The notes below the pieces were generated by a model that was given only the letters and a program-made list of their open reading frames with translations, was not told where the DNA came from and did not search any database. DNA of 64,000 nt from Calcarisporiella thermophila CBS 279.70. Lineage: Eukaryota; Fungi; Calcarisporiellomycota. Where the stretch lies: contig NW_027192195.1 in the NCBI RefSeq assembly GCF_041956535.1, positions 536,150 through 600,149 of the forward strand, in the 5' to 3' direction. The translations under genes were made by a program, and so were the position numbers. Below, piece after piece: positions 25,874 to 37,536 of the stretch (positions are counted from its first letter, which is position 1; every line of letters starts with the position of its first letter).

Positions 25874-26578
25874 TTACCCCACCAGCTTTTTTTTTAGCGC
25901 ATCTTGTTCGATTTGCTGCTGTAGATTGGCGAGAAAAAAGGACGCGGCGGCCGCATCCAGCGCCAGATTTGGCGATTCGTTGACAACATACCGGTTTGGA
26001 TCGACTGGATAATTCGGGGCCTGGCCTTGGTTGATGAGACGCTGAAGAGTCATGCGCGCATCTGCTTGTTGGGTGGTAAGTGGTTGAGCAATCAAGGGCT
26101 GATTGAAGTAAGGTTGATAGTTGGGTAGTGAGGTTGGCTGTGGCTGTGCAGAGTAGTACCGCTGAAGAGGGAGGAATGGCAGCCCCAGCAATGGAGAAGT
26201 AGGTTGGTGCGAAGGAACAGCACCACTATGGCTATTAGACTGCGAAGCGCTTGTAGTAGAAGCTTGGGGTGGTTGCTGTGACGCTGCTTTGGATGCGATG
26301 GTTCTCTGAGGCTCTTCTGACGCAGTGGAGCTGGGACTATCGCTTGCAGACGCTGATGGCTCACTCTCTTGGGACCCGCGTTTGAATTTCCTATAAATAT
26401 GACTTCCATCCAAAGTATGCTCGGGTGCAATCCATTGTAAACCTTCAAATGGCGCTATATTGGAAAAGGAAGGGTTTACAGCCGGAAGTCGTCCCATGGG
26501 GAGGGCATATATTACAGAAAGCGGAATGATTGCAAGCGAGGCAAATAGGGGAGGAACGAGTGATAGGTGGGACCTCAT
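25874..26578 (-). CDS. Hypothetical secreted/surface protein, S/Q/P-rich; may extend to 25659 via a frameshift
   Basis: Signal-like MRSHLSLVPPLFASLAIIPLSVIYA, an FKR dibasic site and a low-complexity body; TATAAAA on the minus strand near 26680. Confidence 0.5.
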   Translation of the reverse strand: MRSHLSLVPPLFASLAIIPLSVIYALPMGRLPAVNPSFSNIAPFEGLQWIAPEHTLDGSHIYRKFKRGSQESEPSASASDSPSSTASEEPQRTIASKAASQQPPQASTTSASQSNSHSGAVPSHQPTSPLLGLPFLPLQRYYSAQPQPTSLPNYQPYFNQPLIAQPLTTQQADARMTLQRLINQGQAPNYPVDPNRYVVNESPNLALDAAAASFFLANLQQQIEQDALKKKLVG

Positions 26579-26923
26579 TCCTCGTAAATTCAAGTCACGA
26601 AGGGTTAAATAATCTATGCTCAACTATCACAAATCGATAATAGATGTGTAAAAAGGGTGAATATAGAATCCTCCTTCTTTTATACGGAATAAGAGTATGT
26701 TTCCTGAGCATCAAGGTCAAGTTGGAATTATAACTGATTTAGAAAGGAGGTTTTTTTGGCATTCTTGGCAGAGTTACTCGGGAATTTTTGATTCCCGTCA
26801 AAGCTGATCGCGGCTAGTGAAAGTTAAAATTTCAAGGTATTCGGGGCTTTTTTGCCCATTGTTTGTAAGATTAAATAGAAGAAAAACCCCACACGACGGA
26901 AGTGAGCCAACACACAAATAACT

Positions 26924-27265
26924 ATGGACCGCAAAGCAGTATTTCTGATCATTATCGGGTGTATTATATTGATGACTTGTGTGCTCGTTATAGTGCTGCC
27001 GTCGACTATGATAGGTCATATTAGTCAAGCAAAGCAAGCATCTTCTGAGCCATCCACTACGACTGTGGTCGTGACAAAGACTCTTACAGTCGCCTCAACG
27101 ACCGCAACAACTCCCTTCAGCTATACCACAGATCTTCAGAGCTCTAGGCCTCTGTCGAGGTTAGAGGATGCCGGGATACCACCAAAATTGGTGGCGGAAG
27201 CGCTTGCAGTTGTAAAACCGGTGTTTTCCTCTAAGAGGAAGCGATCGCGTTTCAAAGTTAATTGA
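26924..27265 (+). CDS. Small signal-anchor membrane protein with Thr-rich stalk
   Basis: N-terminal hydrophobic stretch VFLIIIGCIILMTCVLVIVL followed by STTTVVVTKTLTVASTTATT; intronless ORF. Confidence 0.55.
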   Translation: MDRKAVFLIIIGCIILMTCVLVIVLPSTMIGHISQAKQASSEPSTTTVVVTKTLTVASTTATTPFSYTTDLQSSRPLSRLEDAGIPPKLVAEALAVVKPVFSSKRKRSRFKVN

Positions 27266-28253
27266 GATTAATATTGACTCGTTCAAATGACTGGGAGGAA
27301 GTGCAAATACTAGGCATATATATCTACTATTTAGGATATAGTGATTACCAGTGCTTGTAGTCGATTGAAATATTCTCTAAGTATTCTTAAGATGCTTTAT
27401 ATATATCGAATTCAGGTATATAATTTTTAATATACAATACTCAATTTTTTACGATGAAATTCTCCTCTCAAGATGCAAGTTAAAGGAAAAGTGAAAGTAG
27501 TAAAAATTACTTGCACATTGGTAGTCCTCAAGGGATTGAATCAATTAAAAAGGAAAGAGAGAGTTCTAACTTATAAGTTCATAATAATATAGAGCATGTA
27601 GCTCGATGAATACGAGCAGGCATTGAAAAGTGATATTTATAGCTACATTTAGATCAACTATTATTAATGCTATTAAGTGATTATCATCGAATTTTCATTT
27701 TAATAATAAAGTGCTTTATTTGCCATTTTAATAACACAATTATTCGTTGGAAATTCTTGGGGCTGTAAGCCTATGGTGCGCAACTCCAGTGAAGACTTAG
27801 CCGCTTATATTGTACGAGTTTTTGCTCTTGGTTTTGAGCTAAATGTTTATTTTTAGTGATTGCCTCAAGTGGATGTAAGAAGTTAACCCGCCAACCAACC
27901 CCATTGGAAAAAAAGCTTATACATTCAGCAGCCTTGATCACTAATTTAACCGTCAGAATTAGAGAGGCTGAGCATTTTTAGAATGCAAATCAATGGCCCA
28001 CCGAGGATCACAATAAACCGTATATCTTGTGAGACGAAATAGATGCGAGATTTCTCGGCAAACACGACTCAATTTCCCCGCCTCCAAGTGCCTTGGTGTG
28101 AGAAACAGTGCACGCAAGCCTATTTAACTATATTTTTCACATAAAAATAGAGTCAAGTCGATCTATCCTACCACACTTCATCTTTACTCTCTCCGTCCGG
28201 CGCGAGCTCTTCATATGAATGCCAACAGCTGAGTCCGCCGAGAGTCTAAATAT

Positions 28254-28280
28254 CACCACCACCACCACCACCACCACCAC
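28254..28280. repeat. (CAC)n microsatellite
   Basis: About 9 tandem CAC units upstream of the 28731 gene. Confidence 0.9.
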
Positions 28281-28608
28281 ATTGTACCAAAATAATCCTA
28301 TTTTTAACATAGTTGAAGTACAATCAGTTTGCGCAATTTAAAAATGAACAATCATCAGGCCAAGTGTGCAAGTCGTGCCACGGAGGTTTGCCAAGAGAAA
28401 ATTAAAAGAGTGCCAACGTGGAACTCAGTCGAATGCAACCTATTGTAATAGAAATGTGCCTTTGTGGCACTTGAACAAGCCTACTCATCAGTGTAAAAGT
28501 GATTCTACGGAATAGGTGGAGAGGGTACAAAAGAACACCGGAGAGGAATGTCCAGATGCCTGAGAGTTCTGGCAAGAACTTTAAATCCGGCTGATGGCGA
28601 TAGCCCAA

Positions 28609-28616
28609 TATATAAA
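28609..28616 (+). promoter_or_regulatory. TATA box of the 28731 gene
   Basis: TATATAAA 122 nt upstream of the ATG, followed by a pyrimidine-rich leader. Confidence 0.6.
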
Positions 28617-28730
28617 GAGGCTAGAGAATGGGGATGAGAGAGGTTTGGCCCATATTACTTCTCTTCCTTGAATTATTCTTTCCCCTCATTTTCTCTACAT
28701 CTTATTACAATCATTTCCCAATAGAACAAT

Positions 28731-29375
28731 ATGAAGAGCGTCCTTATTATAGCCGCCGCCACTCTTGTGATGGGGCTAGCGGCAACTTCGCATGCGGCTC
28801 TTGCCGATGCTGAAACTAATGCAGTTACGCTTGGCCAAGTCCAGTTGGTTGAACGCGGTCACCATGAGGCAGAGAAGAAAAAGCATCACGGAGCTGGGCA
28901 TAAGAAGCACCACCACGAAGAGGAGAAAAAGAAGAAATCTAACAAGAAGAAGGAGGCAAAAAAAAAGGAGATCGAAAAGAAGAAGAAGGAGGCTGAGAAG
29001 AAAAAGAAAAAGGAAGAGGAGAAGAAACGGAAGAGGAAGGAGGAGGAGGAAAAGAAGAAGAAAAAGAAGAAACACCACGACGATGACGGCAATGACGATG
29101 ACGATGACAAGGATGGTGAAGATGATGGTGGGGATGACGGTGAGGACGATGGCAATGACGGAGACGAAGGAAACGATGGAGATGATGGGCAAAACGACGA
29201 CGAGGGCGACGATGACGACAATGGTAATGAAGAAGATCTAGTCAAGCGTGACGGTGTGCCTCCTCGCCGTCGTCATCAGAAACACCAGAAGAAACATCAG
29301 AAGAAACACCATAAGAAGCAGCAGCATAAGCACAAAAAGGATCAAGGTGCCCATGTCAAGGGACATCATGCATAA
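28731..29375 (+). CDS. Secreted charged low-complexity precursor (His/Lys block, Asp/Gly block, His/Lys/Gln C-terminal peptide after LVKR)
   Basis: Signal peptide MKSVLIIAAATLVMGLAATSHA; LVER and LVKR sites; intronless; TATA upstream. Confidence 0.75.
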   Translation: MKSVLIIAAATLVMGLAATSHAALADAETNAVTLGQVQLVERGHHEAEKKKHHGAGHKKHHHEEEKKKKSNKKKEAKKKEIEKKKKEAEKKKKKEEEKKRKRKEEEEKKKKKKKHHDDDGNDDDDDKDGEDDGGDDGEDDGNDGDEGNDGDDGQNDDEGDDDDNGNEEDLVKRDGVPPRRRHQKHQKKHQKKHHKKQQHKHKKDQGAHVKGHHA

Positions 29376-30200
29376 ATACCTATGCGATAGACAACCCCTT
29401 TCTCCTAACTCTTAACCTCCAACTCCTATCAACTTAATTTATCGTTATTCTCGAGTCCATAAGACTGTTTAATTTCCGTCTTACAGGAGGTCGCCTCTTA
29501 ATTTTCCTCTAGTTTTCTTCGAATGTTTAAATTTAACTATTAAGCAAAAAATAAATTGGAAGCTGGATTCCCATTGAATTGGCTCCATCATTTCCTGTCG
29601 GAAGACAGAAGAGTGGACTTGATTATTCTACTTTGAGCGTGGATCAAATGAAAATGGGAAAAGCCTGATGGTTTGTTAGGAGCCAATACTTAGTGGCCGA
29701 AAAGAAGACTCGTATTTGCTTAACCCATTCTTAAAGCTTAACTAGCAGAGAAGAAATCGCATGGGATCTCGCCCTAACACTATGGCCCGTTGAAAATCTG
29801 CTTACTATAATCACGCATGCTAATGTGCTGATGTGAGCATATGCTTTTTTTTTCTCATGAAGAAGAATATAGCAAGCCTCCTTGAATCCGGCTCGATAAC
29901 ATTTCTCCTGTCGAAGCTCTAATTCTCAATTTGTCGTACAAGTGCACAGACTCTCGCCCCTGCATTCCGGGAAGAAACTAAAATTTCTTCTCTGCTATTG
30001 ACAATCGCACCAATTTGGTTCATTATACTATCCAACTGTGAGAAAACAGCATCAATGTAATTTTGCCCGATGCAAAGAAAAAAACGTTGCGAAAGAAACA
30101 TCGTGCATTATTGAATTTAAGAAAGAAATATAAGCACCCCATTGCAGTAAGTCATAGACGGCGTCTTTATGAAAAATTATTTTCAACCAAAATACGCTAA

Positions 30201-30914
30201 ATGAAGACACCGACGCTAGTGATTCTCACCGTTTTATATGCAGCTCGAGTCCAAGCCCTACTTGAGTCTCGATGCGTTCCTGCTAATCATCACCCAGAAC
30301 AACACCAGCAAAATAATATACGTGACGCCACCATAGCTTCCTCCGCTGTTGTTAAGGCATCTACTGTTCAGGGTAGCGCTTGTGCTCAATTTTCTCGCAT
30401 TAGTCCCCAAAATGTTAGTGGCCCCAACCGTTACCACTCTAATCCTCAGGTCCCTTCAGTTTATAGTAAAAGAGCAGAGGAAAGCTCGAAGGAATATAGA
30501 CCAGCAATTCTTAAGGGAGAGAAAGGTGCTCAGAATCCGAGGGACAGCAAGTTGCAAAAACGTGACATTAGCTCCGTTCAAGGACAAGAGAGAATGAAAT
30601 CTCTTCAATATACATTGAGAAACTCGAGGCAAGTTGTCAGCGAAAATATTAAGGAAATATCCAAGACAGAGCCGCCAATGTCGCCCAGGCATAAGAATAT
30701 TGAGAAGTATACAATTAAGCGAAACAGGATAGGCACAAGAGGGAACAGCAGGACAAAGACACGAAAAAGTAGGAGTATAAATAAGACTAAGCGGGACAAA
30801 CTTCAGAAGCGCCAGCGTTGTAAACGAAGCGGTAGATTGAAGATGGCTGGAAAGAAAGGTGGTGCTCAAGATCAGAATGGCAAGCCCATTGCTGGTGCAA
30901 AGAAAAATGTTTGA
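30201..30914 (+). CDS. Secreted basic precursor with multiple KR sites
   Basis: Signal peptide MKTPTLVILTVLYAARVQA; YSKR, LQKR, TIKR, TKR and LQKR sites; Arg/Lys-rich C-terminal third; TATAAG near 30129. Confidence 0.6.
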   Translation: MKTPTLVILTVLYAARVQALLESRCVPANHHPEQHQQNNIRDATIASSAVVKASTVQGSACAQFSRISPQNVSGPNRYHSNPQVPSVYSKRAEESSKEYRPAILKGEKGAQNPRDSKLQKRDISSVQGQERMKSLQYTLRNSRQVVSENIKEISKTEPPMSPRHKNIEKYTIKRNRIGTRGNSRTKTRKSRSINKTKRDKLQKRQRCKRSGRLKMAGKKGGAQDQNGKPIAGAKKNV

Positions 30915-31539
30915 ATTTATAACAAAACGCAGTAGCAATATAAATATAGCATGTTGATATATGTATTCAATATTGGTCGACTCGATTTATAACGCAACAG
31001 AATTTGACCGTAGCAAGGAGAAAGATTTTTCATTGCTTTATCTTTATCTTTATTGTCTTAATAGCAGAAATTAATTATGATTTTGATGTCTTAATTCTCA
31101 CTATAAGGACTGGAATATCAGCGAGATATTATGCAATTTTTAGTGATAAACCTGCGAATAATTTCAGTGTAAAGTTGTATTGGCCACCATTCATATACTG
31201 TATTGTGTCTGTACTCGCAACCTTGTTAAATGAAAAGGAAACTGACATCGATCAATTTTTAATTAATTACGGTTAAAAAACGGAATATGCTCGTCCTTTA
31301 TCATCGGCGCCTTTTTCTCTTAATCGTCTAGAATTGATTTATGTATTATTTCTACTTCATTCATTATCATATTGTTTTCTTTTCATTTTATCGCCATTGC
31401 ATCTCGGGGGTTTCTTATACAATTAAATTAACGCTAGATTTTCACACCGACATTCTTTTTCAGTTACCCTGCTCCATTCAACTTCTACAGTTCATAAAAA
31501 GGCATCTCGTTGTATTAACCAGAAAAAAGCGAATCCAGG

Positions 31540-32840
31540 ATGAATCGCCATCTTGATCTTCAAACCGACGATATGCTGGCGCCATCGTCGCCCATGCATA
31601 CGCCGCGCACTCTCTCCACTCTATCGATGCGCTCCGTTCGCCAGTCTGCGGCGAGCTATGGCGGGACAGGTCGACTGGACACTCTCACACCAATGCAGGA
31701 AGTAACGCTAGAGCGATTTCGTGAGGACATTAAGCGTGAAGGATATTTTGACCCGTCGCGCCATGACGATCATTATTTATTGAGATTTTTACGAGCTCGC
31801 AAATTTGATGTCGACGCCACGATGCAGATGTTCTTAAACTGTGAGAAATGGCGTAAATCCTTCGGTGTCGATGAGCTCGTACGAACATTTGAATTTCCCG
31901 AAGCCGAGCAAGTGGCACGATTTTACCCGCGCTACGTAAGTCACCAACGAATTTGTTCCCCCGGCATGGTGCTAATGAGTAATTCTCGTTTGGCCATCAT
32001 AGTACCACAAGACGGATCGCATGGGCCGCCCTATTTATATTGAACATCTTGGTAGTATTGATCTCAACGAAATGTTTAAAATAACTACTGAAGAACGAAT
32101 GATTAAACACTTTGTCATCGGGTGAGACTTTTACTACTGTATGCAAACCAAAATTTTGGAGGGTTTATCGTTTTCTCCACTACTATATAGCTACGAGCAA
32201 CTCAACAGCGAACGCTTTCCTGCGTGCTCGGCTAAGGCAGGCCGTCATATCGAGCAGTGCTTTACCATTTTGGATTTGAAAGGCATTAGCATGATACAAG
32301 TTCCAACAGCCATCGGCTTTGTTCGCCGTACATCAGCCATCGCTCAAGATTACTATCCAGAGGTAACCGGAGCATGCCATATATAAATTTGAGTTTGCTA
32401 GTACTCCAGGGTTGAACGCTAACATTGCTTTTCCTTTTGGGCTCCATTAGATGATGGGGAAAATGTATGTAGTTAACGCGCCATTTTTATTTTCATCCAT
32501 TTGGTCGATGGTCAAGGTACACTCTCGACTAGGTCGAAGTTTCCAGAATTTCCTCAATAGAACGAACTAACGATTATTCATTGCTGCGTGATAGCCCTTT
32601 CTCGACGAAGTCACTGTAAATAAAATTCATATATTGGGCAGCCGCTTCCAGTCCGCCCTTCTGAGAGATGTAGATCCGGAGAATCTTCCTTCGTTTTTTG
32701 GTGGAAAATGCTCCTGTTCGAATCAGGGAGGATGCCGTGTGAGCGATGCGGGGCCTTGGCAGAATCCACAGTTCAAGCGGAAAACAACAGAAGACTCGGA
32801 GAAAAAAGCAAATGGAGACATAGAGTCTGAAAAAGTGTAA
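31540..32840 (+). CDS. SEC14: Sec14/CRAL-TRIO phosphatidylinositol transfer protein
   Basis: [69 protein letters not shown] and SDAGPWQ; multi-exon. Confidence 0.9.
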
Positions 32841-33366
32841 GGAAAAAAATAAATAGACCAGGGTTCGGATAGGTCCGCTTTTATCATACATAAAGCTAAA
32901 TTTGTTTTCCAGCACATTCACATGTTTTGTTCTTGTATTTTTTTTTTCTCGTTTTCTCTATCTTGAAGATAAGCAATTTCAAGCTTGAATATTCAAATCA
33001 ACCTGCGATGATATGCAAAAACAGTCCGCAAGCTGATTGTAAAATGCTTCCAGATATGGAAGACAATATTCTACTAAAAAGGCAGGCTAAGAACAAACAA
33101 GCTCCTTATAGAGCATAGAATCTGTCGAGTTAATGAAATGCATTACGGTCTCTGAGGTCGGCAGGATTACAAACCGGTGTGCAAAATGTCCCTTTCCCTC
33201 TAGGCGATCCCCCATCTCGCACCTAAGCAAGAAGTTGATATATTCAATAAACCTTATTTACCAACCGGTACTTAGCATACGTTTTCACACCATTTTCTTC
33301 CATATTAGTCCAAATCGAATTCTACTCATTCAATTCTTGCATGCTGCGAAAATCTCAAAGTAGGCC

Positions 33367-33410
33367 TATATAAATCCCTTCGTAGTCAAGTGAGGAACCG
33401 TACATTTGCC
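33367..33410 (+). promoter_or_regulatory. Core promoter of the 33526 gene (TATATAAA...ACATTTGCC)
   Basis: The same two elements occur at near-identical spacing upstream of the 37537 paralogue. Confidence 0.6.
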
Positions 33411-33525
33411 TCCCCTTCCTTCTCTTGCTTACTCATAGCTTTCTCTTCTTTTCCCACTCCTCCACTTATCCCCTACTTCATCCCATTCTTTTGCAATTAT
33501 TTTCTAATCAATTATCATATTCACT

Positions 33526-34167
33526 ATGAAATCTACATTGATTTTTGCTGCATCTGCCTTGCTATGCTTTGCTATTGTTTCACACGGGGCTCCTCTAGGA
33601 GGATTAGAGGCGACCGGAGTAGCAGAGGATACTGTTAAGCAAGCCGAACAAATTGTTGGTCAATTGACTGGAGGAGTTAGTCCAGTAAAGGTTGGTGGAA
33701 ATCAAGGCCTCTTGCGACGCACAGAGAACCATGTATCAGCAAAAACCCCAGTACAGTCGCCAGTTGATGCTTCAAAACACGTGAAAAGTGAGATTGTACA
33801 CTCAAAGGCCGCTGTCACTCAAAAAGCCCCACACCTTTCCCGTCGTGAAGGGGAAGACGAAACCGTCGATCAGGAAGAAGATATTCTCGAGAGCCTCGAG
33901 AATGAGGGTTCGGACAGCATTGTTAAAGTTAGCGAGAACAAAGAAGAGCTTCCAAAGGTCCCCCAGCAACTCGGGGATGCGGAGGGAAAGCTCTTCAAGA
34001 GTTTGAAAATGGCTGGCCTTCAAGGAGTGGTGAAGCGTAACTCCGGCGTTAATGGAGTTGCTGGCGGGGCAGCTGACAACCTGGTAGGCACTGCAACTAG
34101 CCTTGTAAATAAGGCTTTGGGAAGTAATGTGGGAAGTACTGCAGGGGGTATTGTCCAGGGAGTCTAA
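33526..34167 (+). CDS. Secreted Kex2-processed multipeptide precursor (paralogue A)
   Basis: Signal peptide MKSTLIFAASALLCFAIVSHG; dibasic sites LLRR, LSRR and VVKR; no Cys in the mature region; intronless. Confidence 0.8.
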   Translation: MKSTLIFAASALLCFAIVSHGAPLGGLEATGVAEDTVKQAEQIVGQLTGGVSPVKVGGNQGLLRRTENHVSAKTPVQSPVDASKHVKSEIVHSKAAVTQKAPHLSRREGEDETVDQEEDILESLENEGSDSIVKVSENKEELPKVPQQLGDAEGKLFKSLKMAGLQGVVKRNSGVNGVAGGAADNLVGTATSLVNKALGSNVGSTAGGIVQGV

Positions 34168-37100
34168 TTACTGGTAAATGGCTTTTCCTGTTTTCGAGTG
34201 GTGCCAGCTCTTTTATCTAAAGAAAAGCAATGATTAATTCATATAGACATTAACGATAAAATTAATGTTGGTACTAGTCTACTTTTTACGTGACCAATAT
34301 TTAATCACGATTAACATTCATTTATTAACATCTTAATCTTTCGTTTGTAACCCATCTATTCCCTTCATAATCTTTATTAAACTTAATTTTCTTTAGAAAA
34401 AAATATCGATTTTATAAAAGATCAAGTATGATTTCTACAAAAATTTAAGAATTTGGTTTTCAAGAACTGCAATTCTTCGAGTACCCTTAACTTTAAGGGA
34501 TTATAGTTAATGCTCACACTAGCGTACTTCCCTAAGCAAGCTGATTTGAACCTTCTTTTGAACTTGACCTTTGCTTATCATTATGCTTCCTCTTCATCGA
34601 AAGAGACATAGTTGATTTATTTATTTATATATATAGCATCGAGTAGTGTAGCACTATTAATTCTCTTCAATTTATAAACTTGAAGAGTTTGAATCCCTAT
34701 GGTTGTTTCTTTTCTGTCTCATCATCTTCGTTAGCGGTGCCAATCAAATGATAATTATACTTTTCATTACTTTTTTCACCTAAGCTATATTTCGAACCTG
34801 GGTGCTCAGCTGGCAAGCTTTTATTCAACCAGTCTGTAGTGATTCTAATTGCCTACGAGTTCAACTAATCCATTTCTATCAGTCCTCAGATTAATCATTC
34901 TTGATTATTCACAAAGAAAAATATCTCAGTGCTTGTGCAATATGTTGGATGTGAATTAATGCAAATGTATAAAATCCAGTTTAATATTACATGATAGGCC
35001 ATTAAGAAAAATTCTGCCTGTATTGAAAGGACAATGTAGCAAATAAAGCACAGATATATGATTCAAAAGTTCAATCATATATTGATTATTCAACATTAGC
35101 TTCCATAGCCGATACTGAAAATATGGGGCCAATTATGATAAATACTTAGTAAATTGATAATTTACACAGAAAAAATTTGAACTACCTCCGTTTAGGGTTG
35201 TAAACAAATAGGTTCAACTTGGTCGCATGTAATGTTAGCAATTATCAGGGCCAATACAAAAATTTTTTTGTACATGATGTAATGGTTGTTGTAGGATTGT
35301 GGTTAGAGCAGTTACCAAGGGTTGGATTGGAGAAATTTGAATATGCTAGTTTTATTTTGTAAAAGAAACCCAGATCAATTGCTTGTATTTCTCCTTGGTT
35401 ATAACAACCAGGTTCTTTATTGGAAGCTATCCATCCCTCAACAATATATTTGAATAATAAAGGCTCCATCTTTTGGAGCATGACTCTAAATCCAAAATCT
35501 ACAAGTTATCGATATAAAAGCATTTGCTACCATAAAACTACGAAGTTTTAGAGTACATACATGCCCAATATCAAAATTCCATTGAAAATGCTGTTAGAAT
35601 CTATATCACACCACCAGGAAATAAGACCAATACAGAGATCTATCCAGTAAAAATGCGGCTAGGGGCAATTGAAAGTAAACTTTTCCGATTCCGGCTTTGG
35701 AACCACCTGTACTTAAGGCAAATCCTGTGGAATTTATGAAGTCAATGCATACTTTTCTTTACATTACTTATAGATGATGTTATTGTTGCATATCATGAGA
35801 GCAGTGGATTCAAAGATCTGATTGGGAAAGCTAGACCAAGCGAGTTCATTCATGCTTCAGTTTAATAGGCCAAGTTAGCATTCTCTTTTATTGATATTAC
35901 AATATGAAGAGTTTATTCAAGGCAAGGTCTAAAGCAACATTCGCATTTAGAGAAAGTGGGATAATTGTACGAAGGGAAAACTGAGGGGGGTAAACCCAAG
36001 ACAATGAATTGATAACAAATGACGTAAATCATTAAATAATATGCACAACTAAACATGTATTGGCACTACTATTGAATTAGAAGCTATTAATTATGCAAAA
36101 GAAAAAGCCCATTTTGACTTAGTATTTTGCATGCATGATGCGTAATATAAGATATGTGCAACTATATGTAACGAGCTTTAGAAAAATGAAACAGGGTGCA
36201 GCGCTCGAAAACTTTGGTAGTTGACTATACTCCTTAGAGAATCCTTTGTGCTCAGGCACAAGCTTGGATTCAAGTAGTTTCTATCCTGCACTTACTATAT
36301 GTGTGCCAGGTTGAGTGGATCCTTGTTTTAAAGTCACAATTGTTAGGATATCTACTCTTCATAGACTAAAGCGTCTAAAAACAAAATATCGAGCGTTTCT
36401 CCATCATTCGTTCTCAGTGCTATGATTATTTATATATTGATATTTGCAATTTCAAGCCTTCTTTACACAAGTGCACATTTTATGATATTTTACTAGCAGA
36501 TATGCTAGTTCAACTTTTCCTAGAAATTGGATTCATTCACGATAAGTGATGCCTATATTATTTGGATGATTGTTTCGATTTATTTAAGTCTTGTTGGAGG
36601 TGGCGTTCTAGTTTGGAGCTTTTCATCTCTCTTTAAATACGTATTCTAGATCATCCTGCTCACGAATCGCCCTCTTTGGAGGATGCACATAAAGCCCTGA
36701 TAGGATTGAGAATACTTTGTTCAAAATTGCATAAAGAGTATTCTAACTTTGTTCATAAAACCACCAGGGCATTGACTTATTTTCTTCTATTTGACCTTAA
36801 TAAAATATACTGTAACTTTTTCTTTCAGAAAGTAACCCCCGACAGACCGTGTTGCCTTCACGAAGTTCGTTTGATGCGTAAAATGCAACTTTCAATGAGC
36901 ATACTGTGCATGTGGTCAGGCGGTAATGCAAGAATAGGAACTTTCCGTTTCATTAGATATCCCTCTCAGGGGTTAACAGAGCTCGTTTAGCCTTTGAACT
37001 CAGAGAAAAAAGAGACAATGGGTAAGCGCATGTAAATTTGGCACTAATTTAGTAAACCCGATTTGGCCCATATTGGGAATAGCGAGGGGAATTTGGCCTT

Positions 37101-37381
37101 CTCTTATCAGCTGGGAATTTAAATTAATGAGATGCTTTGATGTTTGCAGCGTTTTGAGCCAGTGCGCACACCTTAAATTCATTGATGGTGTCATTGCTGT
37201 TATTTCTGCGGTCAGTATTACTTTGCGATGATCCCAACAAATTCATCACGCAGGCTGCTGTTATATTCCATCCACGCAATCAATTTACCGGTTACTGGCA
37301 CTGACTTTTACAACTTGAATTTCCTTATTAGTTCATATGGAACACTTCTAAGTGCATGTCACAAGAGGAGAAAAGCGGACA

Positions 37382-37427
37382 TATATAAGTCCCCTTGCGA
37401 TTAAAAATGTGATTCAACACATTTGCC
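37382..37427 (+). promoter_or_regulatory. Core promoter of the 37537 gene (TATATAAG...ACATTTGCC)
   Basis: Matches the 33367-33410 element; the TATA is 155 nt before the ATG (159 nt in paralogue A). Confidence 0.6.
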
Positions 37428-37536
37428 CATCCACTCTTTTCACTTTTCTTCCCTCTTCGATCCTCTCCTACCTCTATCCTCCACCACCTATCACATTCAT
37501 TTCTAGCCTCTCCACTCTCCAATAATTGCTTCAAAC

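Noticed and set aside
28776-29245. Poly-Phe/Ser/Leu and poly-Arg ORFs in alternative frames
   Set aside because: Frame shadows of the AAG/GAG/GAC-rich 28731 gene, which alone has a signal peptide and a TATA box.
34785-34845. tRNA-like fragment on the minus strand (TTGCCA...CCCAGGTTCGAAA)
   Set aside because: A B-box-like motif is present, but the anticodon, T and acceptor stems do not pair. At most a decayed tRNA/SINE trace; tRNAscan-SE would settle it.
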